From positions 12,462,001 through 12,526,000 of the forward strand of contig OX597818.1 in assembly GCA_951406725.2 (NCBI GenBank): a stretch of 64,000 bases of DNA, read 5' to 3'. The position numbers and the translations under genes are program-made. Every line of letters begins with the position of its first letter. Position 1 is the first letter of the stretch. Below the pieces are notes generated by a model. The model had not been told where the DNA came from, ran no database searches, and was given only the letters and a program-made list of their open reading frames with translations. Below, piece after piece: positions 27,470 to 42,330 of the stretch. The DNA is from Octopus vulgaris (lineage: Eukaryota).

Positions 27470-28830
27470 CAGTAGTCTTATTTTTCTCACGTGCTTGCAC
27501 TGCACTACCGAGCGCAGCTCTGTGTGTCTTGGATGTGTGCGGTGGTTTGTTGTGGTGCTCTTATTTTCATTGAATTGTCAGTGTTTATATAGGATGTGTG
27601 CGGTGCCTAGTAGAGCTCTAAGTTCTGGTGTTTTTGTTATGTATTTGTCTGAATGTTTTTTTTATCATACCTAATGCACCCATTGTAACTGGAATGTTTC
27701 TGTTTTTAGGATCCACATTAGAATTACCTCCATTTCCAGATCATTGTACTTTGTAAGTTTCTCCATTTCTTTTAGAGAAAAATTGGTATCTGTTGGTATT
27801 GACACATAGATTAGAAAGCATTTTTTCTTGGTGATCTCTGACAACTCTGACAACTCTGTCTGGCTTATTGGCATTGATTTATCTGTGTGTGTATTGGTAT
27901 AATCCAGAGTATGGTTGCTTTCTCATTTTCTGTAATCTTTTCTGGGCTGTCTCTATATCATTTTCTTCTGTTGTTATTCCATAGAGTTGGCATAGCTTCC
28001 AGTGTATATGGGTCCCAACTCAGTTGTGTTTGTGAACATATTCTTTCTTAGCCAGGACTGGGCAGCCAGAAACGATATGATTTATTGTTTCTTCCCCATC
28101 ACCACATATTCTGAAGTTACTTGTATTACTTTTCATTACGTGTTTTTGGTGATTTCTGATGGGAAGGCTTTGATCTTGTGTTACAATTAAAAATTCTTCA
28201 GTCTCTGCTTTGAGTCCTGAGCCTCTCGACCATTGTTGAGATTTTGCTTTGTGTATTTATTTTCTGTTTAGGTTAACCCAATATTTGCCATGTAGGGACT
28301 CTTCTTGCCATCATTTTATCATGATACGTTGCTGTTCCAGTTTTAGTTTGAATTTCAGTTGTTTTACAGTTTTTGTTGTTTCTTCTTTTTCTTCATAGTT
28401 GTTAGGTACTATGAGTTCTTTTTTGTATTTGTCAGCTTCCTTAAAGACAGAAAACTGTTTTTTGTTTTATTTGTGTTTTGTGGTTATTTATATTAGTTTT
28501 CCTTGCTTCAGAAGTAGGTATTTCTGTAGTCCTATGTTAGTTATTTTGTAATAGTTTTCTAGCTGTATAAGGACTCTACCACCTTCGATACGTTGTATAT
28601 ATAGCCTCTGTATGTCAGATTTTGGGTGGTGCATCCTTAATCCTGTCATTATTTTTCTTGTTTTCCTGTCTATCATGATTAGTTCATTTAGAGTCCAGTT
28701 AAGAATATTGTTGCTGTAACTTATAAACTGGGACGTCTAGAGTGCTGGTACCTATTATCTTGCTTTTCGCGTTGAGCTCTGTTTTCAGTATTAATTTAAC
28801 TCGGCCATAGCATTCCATTCTCATCTTCTC
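27470..28830 (-). mobile_element. Decayed R4/Dong-type non-LTR retrotransposon, 3' part
   Basis: DRKTRKIMTGLRMHHPKSDIQRLY and CFLIYVSIPTD...KLTKYNDLEME fragments are homologous to the 29388..30896 ORFs. Confidence 0.75.
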
Positions 28831-28859
28831 TGTGTGGACTTTTTTTAAATACCGTGCTA

Positions 28860-29148
28860 TGTTGTTTTCTTCTGTTCTAATGCTGCGTTCGCATCCAATC
28901 AGTCCTCTTCCCCTCTTTTTCTTGGTACATACAGTCTGTCTGTGTAATTTTTTGGATGGAGTATCCCATATCTAGTCAGCAACTTACTTGTCTTTCTGCC
29001 TAAGCAGTTTAGTTCGTCTACTGTCCACGCGATTTCTCCTGCTCCGTATATAAGGAGTGAAACCGACCAGGTATTGGTAGCTTCAATCTTATTCTGTTCG
29101 TTTAATTTCGACTTAGGTATCTGTCTCAGTCTGCGCAAGTACTCCACC
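28860..29148 (-). mobile_element. R4/Dong-type fragment, different subfamily
   Basis: EYLRRLRQIPKSKLN...WTVDEL...HPK..TDRLYVPRKRG is homologous to the same post-RT region. Confidence 0.7.
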
Positions 29149-29172
29149 TTTTATTATTATTATTATTATTAT

Positions 29173-31090
<1,918 letters not shown>

Positions 31091-31326
31091 GAGTGCGACT
31101 GTTATCGAATGAACAATATTACAACATCTCGTGTATCTTCCACAAGTTAAAAATAAACATCACAATCTACTTCAGTTTGGTAATATTTAAAGGACTAACG
31201 TTACACCTCCGGAATGTAAAGAACTCCTTTAAATATTACTAAAATGAAGTAGATTGAGAGGTTTATTTCGAACTTGTTGAAGACACACGAGATGTCGAAA
31301 TATTCTTCATTCGATTACAGCCGCAC

Positions 31327-31487
31327 TCTTCTTCTTCTTCTTCTTCTTCTTCTTCTTCTTCTTCTTCTTCTTCTTCTTCTTCTTCTTCTTCTTCTTCTTC
31401 TTCTTCTTCTTCTTCTTCTTTTTCTTCTCTTCTTCTTCTTCTTCTTCTTCTTCTTCTTCTTCCTCTTTTTCTTCCTCTTCTTCTTCT

Positions 31488-31534
<47 letters not shown>

Positions 31535-31700
31535 TTCTTCTTCTTCTTCTTCTTCTTCTTCTTCTTCTTCTTCTTCTTCTTCTTCGTTTTCTTCTTCTTT
31601 TCTTCTTTTTCTTCTTTTTCTTCTTCTTCTTCTTCTTCTTCTTCTTCTTCTTCTTCTTCTTCTTCTTCTTCTTCTTCTTCTTCTTCTTCTTCTTCTTCTT
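31327..31700. repeat. (TTC)n/(GAA)n microsatellite, ~370 bp
   Basis: Direct reading. Confidence 0.97.
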
Positions 31701-32164
31701 TACTTTTAATCTGCATGTTTGTTACAATCACCTGCAGAGATACACCCAGCGCCCTCGGGCGAGTGAAGTATAACATATGTTACAGTATGACTGAAAGCTT
31801 GAGGAGGGGAAGTGGCAGGGGTAATACGACTCAGACATTTGATATGGTTTTCCTAAGAATGTGGACATATACATATATACATATACAGGTGGTTTTGACT
31901 GCAAGATCCCTGAGGAAAGCGACATTTTTACCTTCAACCACTGGCTCAGGATGATGTTCATATAATAAGCAGGAGTGCTGATTTTATAATGTTTCCATAT
32001 TTTCCAATGTAAATACTGACCTACTCATTTTTTGATTTTTTGGTGTGAGCAAGGACATCCCAAGTGGTCTCTTGTTCGTCAAATTTGTTGGAGAATCTAC
32101 ATTTAGGGTCATAAGCTCTTTGAAGAATATTAGCCTGGTAGTTTCTAGCAAGCAAAATTTTGAT

Positions 32165-32165
<1 letters not shown>
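31701..32165 (-). mobile_element. Internally deleted R4/Dong-type 3' end
   Basis: RNYQANILQ..DPKCRF, GQYLHWKI, YEHHPEPVVEG and C-terminal HILRK* are homologous to the 29173..30937 copy; its own 3' UTR runs into (GAA)n. Confidence 0.7.
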
Positions 32166-32197
<32 letters not shown>

Positions 32198-32839
32198 CAG
32201 CAGTAGTAGTAGTTGTGGTAGTGGCGATAGTATTATGAGGAGGAGAATGAAATGAGATGGGAAGTAGTTAGGGAAGCAGAAAAGTACGAAGAGAAAAAAG
32301 AGAAGTACAAAGAGAAAGAAACAAGAAAAAGAGATGAAGAAGATAGAGAAGGTAAAACTGGTTGTGATGTTTAAGTAGGGTGTGGTGAAATTTGGAAATA
32401 ACAAAGAGAGGATTCTATAGATAGATGGTTCGTAACGAATTTCTATTTTCAACTTTTGCTTTTGATTAACATATTTTAGCATGATATCAGTCAAGCGTGG
32501 AATGAAACAAAGGTACAAACGTTTATAAGAATTCAAGGTATGTAATTGGAATGCCAAGGATATAATATATCATATATCATATATCCATCCATCCATCCAG
32601 GCAAACACATGTATATACTCACACGCCACACTCTTACATACATACATACATACATACATAGGTGGTGGTATTGGGTTAGACATGGTCTGGAGCTAAATTA
32701 TGGAAACTGAAACCTCTTAGCTCAGATTAACCCTGAATTCTGTCGTGCAAGCTCAGTAAGTTAAAACGGTCATACGCACTTCTTATATTCACAAATCTTG
32801 TCAAAAGTAAATTGTCTAGTGTGTGTTCTTTTCACCACA

Positions 32840-33440
32840 GCACATAAGTTCTGTCAGCGACCATGCTGGAAAATACTGAGCAGATAAGCAGCATCAATGG
32901 AAGATTCGAAACTCTGTTAGAGCAAAGAAAGCATGAATAAGTCGTTGAATCAATATGAGAACACTGTTGATAGTGTTCTTCGACTGCAAGGGTATTCTTC
33001 ATTATGAGTATGCTCCACTTGGTCAGACAGTAAACAAACAGTATATTACCGTCACGTGTCTCAGTATTCGTGTGATCTGTTAATCAGAAAATGACAGAAT
33101 TGCATGCGTCTGGTGAGTGGAAACTCCACCATATCAACACACTTGCCCATTCAATGCAGATTGCGTAACAGTTTTTGGCAAAGCATAATATTCTCCAGGT
33201 CCGACAGCCACCATATTCCCCTGATGTCACCCCTTGTAACTTTTCCTATATCGAAAAATCAAATTCCACTTAAAAGGAAGGGAGTTTCAAGACGTCGAGG
33301 AAATCCAAGAGAACGCAACTTGGCAGCTGCTCGTTACCCCCGAAAATGAGTTCAAGAAGGCTCACATCAATGGAAACGGCACTGGATAAAGCCTGTGGAT
33401 TCAGAAGAGGACTACTTCGAACAAGACTAAATGCGGAATT
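32840..33440 (+). mobile_element. Decayed mariner transposase
   Basis: FDCKGILHYEYAPLGQTVNKQY (~32979) and QPPYSPDVTPCNF (~33205) match mariner FD.KG..H.E..P.GQTVN and YSPDLAPCDF motifs. Confidence 0.75.
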
Positions 33441-33448
33441 GATATGTG

Positions 33449-33493
<45 letters not shown>

Positions 33494-36400
33494 TCAGTAG
33501 CGTATATATATTTGAATCGTATATATATATGGCTCAGAACGTTGGGTTTACAATCGTATGATTGTAAGTTCGATTCACAGGCTGCGCTGTGTGATGTCTT
33601 TTTCATGAAGACACCTTATTTCATGTTACTTCAGTTTAATCAGATGTAGAAATGAGTTACGACGTCATTGGTGCCAAGTTGTATCGGCTTTTCCCTTGGA
33701 CAGCATTGGTGGCGCGAAGAGAGACTGATAAACAAGGGCGACAGCAGGTCGCCAACAAACAACATTATCCGGACGTGTGCCTCTCTCTCTCTGTCTTTCT
33801 CTCTTTCTCTCTTTTACACACAAACATATTATTTATTCTCTTACTTGTTTCAGTCATTAGACTGCGACCATGCTGGGGCAACGCCTTACTATATATATAG
33901 TAAGTGATTTAGGAAGTCACATTTAAATCATTAACGTTATACATGTATTTTTAAACATACCATATCCATATGAAATATGATCTTAGGATGAGATATTAAC
34001 ATGTTATTTTAAATGATTTTGAATGATTTACTGATGTGTTATTTACACAGCCGGACGCGTATTAGTAACACTAGTAATTATTTTTTCACTGTTTTCCTAA
34101 GAAGGTGCGCCTAATTTCGTCTAAGAAAATGCTAGGCTTTGAGCATATGTTATTGAAAATGTCCAAGAGATGCAGAAGTTCATCTAATATTCTTACCAGC
34201 CGCTGCTTTACAATATACGATTTTTGACCAAATCCGATTTATATTGTTTTTGAACACAGCACGTCTATAAGAGTGGATTATTTTCGGACGAATAGTATAG
34301 AAAACGAAAGGGATAAATGGGAAGATGAACTCTGTTATTCGACGGGTTTCCAGCTTCACCGCCACTTAACTCTTGCATCTCCGTAGACTACTTTCTTTCT
34401 TTTTTTCTTTCTTTCTTTCTTTCTTTCATTCTTTCTTTCTTCCCCATATACAATCCATTGTGCTATCACCACATTATTGTATATGATTGTCTTTTGGTCT
34501 TTTATTTTATTTTTATTTTATTTATAAGATTGCATTGGAATATACTTTATTAATTTTCTTGTTGTTTAAGTGTCTCTTCTCTGATTCTCTTTCTAATAAA
34601 TAGTATTTATTTAAGATATAACTGAGTAAATTTGCTAAATTTAAAATGTATAAAACATTCTTATAACTACAAATAAAATGATGCAAATGAAAACGCCGTG
34701 AATTGAAAATAACTTAAAAGATAGAAAATACTGTATTTTAGCGGAATTGCAACTTTGTTAGAAGCTGTAAAACACATTATTATTATAGATTGTTGCAAGA
34801 GAATATTGCTTGGCTCGAGTATATTTGACTGAATATATGCAGCTATATAAAATATAGTCACTACACATTTTGTTGAACTTACAATAAAGAATGAAACTCA
34901 AAACTAAGAGCATCGAAAGTAAATACTGTTTGACAATGAATTCGATGGTTTACTTCCACTGTCAGCTTCAATCGACTTTTCATCTTAGCAGGGGAAATAA
35001 GAAATAGTGATGCATAACATCCTTTACTAGAGATTTATTGGTGTAGATTGTATGCGAGATCAGGTGATCAGGAGTAGAGTTCTGTTAATTTTCCAACTTG
35101 GAAATATAACTTTGAAAATAAGAAATAAATGAAATAGTATCTCAAATATCTGAAAAATTGTGTAGTATTTAAAAGTTGTATCCTGTTATAAATTGCTAAA
35201 GTACTTAAAAGTAGAAGTAGTATCAACTCTGTAATGAAAGCAGTGGCACTTTCTCTTGCACAAAGATAACCGATTAACGCAGCTTTATCTATAACATGAT
35301 GTGCTCAAAGTGTGTGCAATATTTCCATTCATGGTATCTTATATGATTAGCTGAATGTCAGCATATACTTTGAACAAATATTCATGATGATTAAGAAAGA
35401 ATTCCTTTCATCAAATTATAAATGTTCAGTTGCATTAAACCAATATATACAAACAGCACCAAATTAGGTTTATAAATTTTTTATAGATTTAATGCTAAGT
35501 CGAAGCATCCGGTTGACTATTCGCATGAATACACTTTGTTTATCTTCGTTTGTGAACAAGTGATTGAGTCGGGCATCTAATTCAAGTCCACTAAGTCTGA
35601 GACAAAAGGATTGTGCTATCTAAAGATATATTATATATTCTGTGAATTAATCCCTTAAAGAATGAAGATGGTTTCTAAGGAAGATTTAGTGATCATCATT
35701 GGAGTTTTGACTATAACAACTATATACTTACATGTTAAGAATTATAAGATAGATTTGCATAGTTTAAGAAGTTTGCTTACCGACTTGTGAAACAAGTTTA
35801 TAGCTTTAACATTTACAAAGATGACTATGTGCTCCAGTGGTGAAATGCACATATACCAGTTTATAATCAAGTTAAAGCAGTTATACCCTTAGAAGCAGTT
35901 AATCACTTCTCTTTCTTATTGACTTTGTCAACAGCCGTACGTATATATGACCAACTGAATGATTTGAACAATATTTCAAATTATTTGCGCCTGTCATTTG
36001 AAGAGTTTATATCTATTAAGTCCTGCACCGCCTTATATATAAAATTAGTATATGTTGGATTGAGTAAGTTCTTATTTGAAGAAACATATGAGTACAAATG
36101 TTTCGCTCAAAATTACTATATATATATTTACGAAAAGAAATCATTCAAGGTCCTTTTATATGTGTATGCTGCTTCAAACGTACACAAAGCTTATACACAC
36201 AGAAAGTTTATGGAGAGAACGATTAATTGACAGTATTAAAAAAACGCAATATCGAGAAACAACTCTGCATTGCTTTTCGATTCCAGCCAAATAAATTCGG
36301 CAAAACAGCGAAAAGGTATTTGACACATTCATTGCATGATTGTATTGAGCAATGAATGTGACACATGTAACTTAGATATGTTTCGGACAAAGATTGGCCC

Positions 36401-36600
36401 AAGCAACGACTAACTTAACACCACTACCTAATAGGATCTGTTAAGTCATTTTATGTGAGGTTTTGTGGTATTATGGTCCATTCAAGTAGGGAGATATTGT
36501 TGACTGATATATATCCAGGTATAGATGATTTATTTGGTATCCCTTGAAGACATTTGTCCCGGTTTCTTTGGATGCTTTTCTTTGATTTGTTTTGTGATAA

Positions 36601-37180
36601 TCTATATATATAAAACTGAGAATGTGTGTGTGTATGTGTGTGTCTGTCTGTCTGTGTGAATTCCTAAAACTTGACATTGGGAGTGGTAACGACTAGGTTA
36701 GGGTAGCTGACTGCTTATTGTGATCATTCGTCTTTTGGTTTCCTGTAGCTTTGCTCTCTTTTACAAACCCAGTGAACATATATTTCCTAGTTCAAAGAAA
36801 TTCAAACAATAGATATAAAACCCAAGTTAAAAAGATTCTCAACACTTCAACTTCTCTGCTTGACATTAAGACACTCACCCCCAACAAGGGCCTTCACTCT
36901 CACATTTTAGAGCTCCACGACCTTCATTTTTCAGGAGCAAAATCCTTTCAACAGGTTCAATAAGATTGGAATTTTGGAATATGCACATAAAAATCAGTAG
37001 TATGGGTTACATGTGGCAAGATTACAATTTCTTTAGGGTGTGTAAAGAGGGAAATAACCCTCATCTGCAATTTTTATGAAATTCGAAACATAGATATTCC
37101 AGTTCATTACAGAAAATATAACAGAAAAGTCTAATTCTTCAATTGCATGTAACACGGGCAACGCCGAGTATCTCTGCTAG
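36601..37180 (+). mobile_element. Non-autonomous Helitron, 580 bp
   Basis: A|TCTATATATATAAAA...cacgggcaacgccgagtatctctgCTAG|T; first ~70 bp match 621..~700. Confidence 0.8.
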
Positions 37181-38194
37181 TGTTAAATAAAACAAAGCCT
37201 GATGAGGAAAAGAAATTGTGCTGCAGTGACTGTATGTGTTCTGTGCCTGAATTGCGTAAAGGCACTTGACTCGGCTTGGATGAAATCCTAATCTGATGTT
37301 AAGGTCGTCTGGATACTGCTGGTAGTATATTCTCTATATTGTGGAAATGATATAGCGGTCACGATAGCGTTGAGAGAGAATAAAGTTTCAATGTTTTTTA
37401 GGTGGTACCAATATAATCAAGATCAAACATGCCATTTTTTTTAATGCCATTTATCTATTTTAGTTTTTCTCTGCAGCTCTTTGATTACCGTTGTAGATTT
37501 TCATGCTATTCTACAGATGATATTTTTCCAGTTCAAGCCTTCTTCTTGCGATCTGCACGTATAATGGAAAAAACCACTTTTTTGTGTGTGTGTGTGCATA
37601 TATACATATTAACTTTCAGTTAAGATTGTAAATAACTGCGTAATCAGGAGTTACCAGTTTGGATGTATTATATGTGTGTCATGAAATTCTTTGCAAAGTA
37701 ATTTGATGGATTTTGGATGTGTTCTAGGGTTCACAAAAAGATGAATTAGTCGGTTTCCCTGTATATGCTTAACTGAGGTTGGATTGTTAATATATTATTT
37801 GATTCCTATTTAGAAAATTTAAACTGTAATTTTTGCGAAGAAAATCTTCAGACTTGGTTGCTGTAAGTTTTTATATAAATTTTCTACACAGTTATTTCAA
37901 CAGTTGACTGAACTCTAAACAACACAGCTCTCACTACAAACAGAATCTCCACAATAACGTTCTATCAACAACACTCCGCACAAACAAACATTCGGCTTAT
38001 CTTCTTCTTCCTCCTTTACAATACATATACTTCTCGAATCTACATACATCACGCCTAATCATCATTTCCTATAACTCTACAAAATAAATATAACTGACCA
38101 AAGACTATGTAATGTAGTACACTCCGAGGAAGGCTAACAGACACAGCTTCGAACTTATTGTTACCTTTACTTGTAACATTTTAAGTTGTAATAA

Positions 38195-38196
<2 letters not shown>

Positions 38197-38225
<29 letters not shown>

Positions 38226-38275
38226 TGTATGTATGTATGTATGTATGTATGTATGTATGTATGTATGTATGTATG

Positions 38276-38354
<79 letters not shown>

Positions 38355-38366
38355 ATATATATATCT
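38197..38366. repeat. Compound (ATGT)n(ATCT)n(AT)n microsatellite
   Basis: Direct reading. Confidence 0.95.
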
Positions 38367-41300
38367 ACTTGAGTGTATATGTGTGTGAGTGAGCGTGCCT
38401 GTATCTTCTGAATATACGGATTTTATCAAATATATTTTTCGAATAAGCCCCTTGCTGTTTATTTGGGCTTTAATTCAACTTTGTTTTACTCAAATATAAA
38501 ATAATGTAAGGTTGTAAAACAAAATTCCGGAAGAACTTGTTTGAATGATAAATACAGATATCAACGTAGATTACAGGAAAATTGCAGCAGAAATTTTACA
38601 CTTAAAGAAAGACATCGATATGTCAGCAAGAAATACATTTAAAAAATATATATCCAGCTCTTTACAATATATGAACTTGTATTTTACGACGCATTTGACA
38701 GAGCAATATAAATAAAGCTAACTTTGCAAAGGGAAAAATCATTCTAACTACGTAAGAAGATAAATTAGATCTTCCCATGCATTTCAAATTACGTTCTTTA
38801 ATCTTGTCACTGTCTCCCATTATAACTTAAATATGACCAAAATCATAAAACATGGAATTGAAGCTAATTTGCCAGTGTCGAGAAAAAAAGAGCATAAGCA
38901 TAGACCATAAACTCCAAGAATTAACTTCAAGAATACTTAACACACAGTTACAAAATATTATGTACATTTTAATAAATAATGATATCACCACAAAATGTAC
39001 ATTGACAAGTGAAGTTGGATTGATAAAGACAAATAGACTGCAAAAATCGACACTTTATTCAGTGAACACAGCAAATTAACAAGGATTCTCAAATATAATC
39101 GTCACTCAAGTAAAATTTAATCCTACTAGACTAATTTTTCACGTTCACCGCAAAATAGGACTGCCTCCAATTCAAAACCTTGACAGATTTTCCCCTGCAT
39201 ATATTTCTAATACTGTAAAAGTAAGCAATCAAACGCCCTCTTAGACACACAATATTCAGTTTAGATTGATATACAATAGAACTACATTATAAACTAATGT
39301 ACAGCAGAGTGTTCCTAGAGATTTTAAAAGTAGATAATAAAGTATATGATAAATATAAATTTTTGTCTACCGGTAATTCAGCGGTTGAATCAATAGAAAC
39401 TATATCAAACAACCTATACAAACATTTTATAGTATCACCTAATATACCAGTAACATACTCTAGCTGTTATAAGTAATTTGTACAAGCAAAGTACACTGTT
39501 CTCTAGATATAGGAAAAATAAAAGCGATAGCCACCGGTTGTAATGTTCAAACTTTTCGCAATTAGAAACAAATGATCCTGAATCAGAAACAATTTGCATA
39601 CGGCGTGCTGTTTTTTGGACTATATGTTAGTCATAATGAACACGTAGGAATTTGTTGCGAAGTGAAATGAAAACTACGCTGAAATTCTGAAATTCAGTAT
39701 TCAGTATTCAGCTAAAACTCTCAAAAGATACATGACACACCCCTGCACAAAATATGAATGCAATTGTGGATCAGTGCGAGAAATTAACCTTAATTTCATA
39801 GTGACTCAATGTGAGATACAACGGCAAAAGATACACACATAGCTTCACATACGCTTTTCAAACAATATTATGATTTGCAGAGAATATCAAGTTGCAGACT
39901 TTTTATTCCTACTAAAATACTGTCAGAACATGTGATCCTCCCGTTGAAAACTTGTAACCAACAACTTGTGCTGACCAATTGTTATATAAAAGTATTTTTT
40001 TGTTTGTTTGTTTCACTTGTCTCAATAAGATTTATTTGACCCTATAGTGTATGGTATCTTTTATGAGCATTACATTGCTTTACATTTCCATTTACTACTA
40101 AGCATGCTCATTGGGGAATAATATCACTGTGATATTATAAACATTTCTCACATGAGTTCACAAACACAATTGTTTTTGTAAAGAAGATTAAAGCGACGAT
40201 AATACTTTTGTTATTAGTTGTATTATAATTACTCCTTGTTATAAGTGCCTGGTGATCTAGTGATCGAACATGTAAAAACAATGAAACAGTCGGAGTCTTA
40301 AAGTTAAGAATTTCCACTCTTGCGATCTAATTTATAACTTTCATAGTTCATTTGTAGCGTATTGGTGGGCGGGTAGATGGTTGTCTTGCAAGAATAACAT
40401 TTTTTTTAACGGCAAATTTGACGACGGCCATATTAGATCTCAGAACTGAAAGGATCGTTACTAAACACCTCCGATATATTATTGCTAGATGGTAGAAGAT
40501 ATATCGGTTACTAACATAGTGCTGTTTGCATCTAGTAAATTTACTCAGACATACGGACATTTGTTGCTATGTTACAACCACAGTTTACAAAAATTTTACT
40601 ATTGTACAGTAGTTTATAACTACTGTATCCTTAATACGGCCACATCTTGAAACCACTGCCACCACAGCGGATTTTATATTCAATACTTCTGTTACAGTAA
40701 CAGCTTGAAAAGCTTCTCAATAAAGTGAATTACTGAATTAGGAACTTATTAGTTTATTGTTGAACAGTTATCATTGAACAAATCAACTTTGCACTGAGCA
40801 TATTTCTCCGTTATTCTTTCGGCAACTAACACTATACAACGTCGTAAATTACATTGGTGGAAATAAACAAAGTATGACAAAAATAAATCGCCATTTTGAA
40901 GACTGGCACCTGAAGCAGCAATAGCAATAGCAAAACGTATTTCTGTTAATTTTTGTTGTACTCAATTAATAATAATGTAAGAGATCGTACTAAAGAAATA
41001 AAATATATTTCAGAGCTACATAGTTCAGTGTTATTTTACCTGGAGTAATATTGCTTTTATTAAATTACTTCATTAGTTTCTGCTATATTGCACTTATTTG
41101 TTTATGTCTTATCTCTTAAATCTCAAAAGCTCTCTTTGACGTGCTATCAAGACTAATGGTGCTACGGAATTGAATTCCAAGAAAACAAGTTAAATATGTT
41201 TCTCCTCACGCTGAAAGAACGTATCGAGTCCGCCGCTAAAGTTACAAAGAAAACGCATTTATCAATATGAAACAAGTATAAATGATTAAAAAACTTTTCT

Positions 41301-41398
41301 CTGAATGCTGAATAGATACAAAGACACGTTTTCGGGGTTCTTTGATTCAGGTGTCTATATATCCATTCAGGGCAGTACAATATATATATATATATATA

Positions 41399-41631
41399 TT
41401 TCTTTACTACCCACAAGGGGCTAAACACAGAAGGGACAAGCAAGGACAGACAAACGGATTAAGTCGATTACATCGACCCCATTGCGTAACTGGTACTTAA
41501 TTTATCGACCCCGAAAGTATGAAAGGCAAAGTCGACCTCGGCGGAATTAGAATTCAGAACACGTAACGGCAGACGAAATACGGCTACGCATTTCGCCCTG
41601 CGTGCTAACGTTCCTGCCAGCTCGCCGCCTT
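41399..41631 (-). mobile_element. SINE family A, tail type 2, inserted in (TA)n
   Basis: Highly similar to 24264..24496; (TA)n on both sides. Confidence 0.88.
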
Positions 41632-41649
41632 CATATATATATATATATA

Positions 41650-41997
41650 ATAGAAATATTAAAATTACTAAGTCTCTCTAAAGGAGATTACGACAGCGTT
41701 ACTGGAAATTAATAGTTATCGCCATACTAATATGGCAGTCTTATAAATATAAGACTAAAGCTGTCGCTGATTAGCTCCATATATATATATCGGCATTCGC
41801 TATGATTGATCGCTAGCCACTAAACCTTTTTTATTTTCTCTCCCTGTTTATTTCTGTGTTCCTTTCTGTTGAAGAGCTTAGTTTCGAAACGTAAAAGACT
41901 TTCCCACTTCCCGAGCGTTAAACTTATACATCTGTTTGTTGCTTACACACTCGTCTTCGTATTTTGCTTTGTTTGTTTTGTTTATAAATTCCAACTA
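41650..41997 (+). mobile_element. Non-coding Penelope-related terminal-repeat element with hammerhead-like motif
   Basis: 41795..41995 is homologous to the reverse complement of 56307..56520; ends in (TA)n. Confidence 0.7.
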
Positions 41998-42096
41998 TAT
42001 ATGTACCAAGTTAAGCAACAATTAAAATTACAAATATATGTTGTAGTAGATACATTGTTTTCATGAAAAAAACTGATTTCAGCAGTGTATACACCG

Positions 42097-42330
42097 TGGT
42101 GACGCGTGGTTTAGTGGTTAGGGAGTTGCACTCATAATTGTAAAATTGTACTTTTGATTCCTAGTCCGAATGATGTGTGGTGCTTTTGCGCAAAACACTT
42201 CACGTTGATCTAGTCCACTTAGCTGACAAAAATGACTAATCTTGCGACGGACCAGTGTCTTATGTAGTGCGGAAGGAATATACCCGCCACAAGATTTAGG
42301 AAACCGGCCCTATGAGCTATGGCCCGGGAA
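42097..42330 (+). mobile_element. Decayed tRNA-derived SINE (third family)
   Basis: A-box-like TGGTTTAGTGG, degenerate B box ttttgattcc; a similar head at ~33530. Confidence 0.4.
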
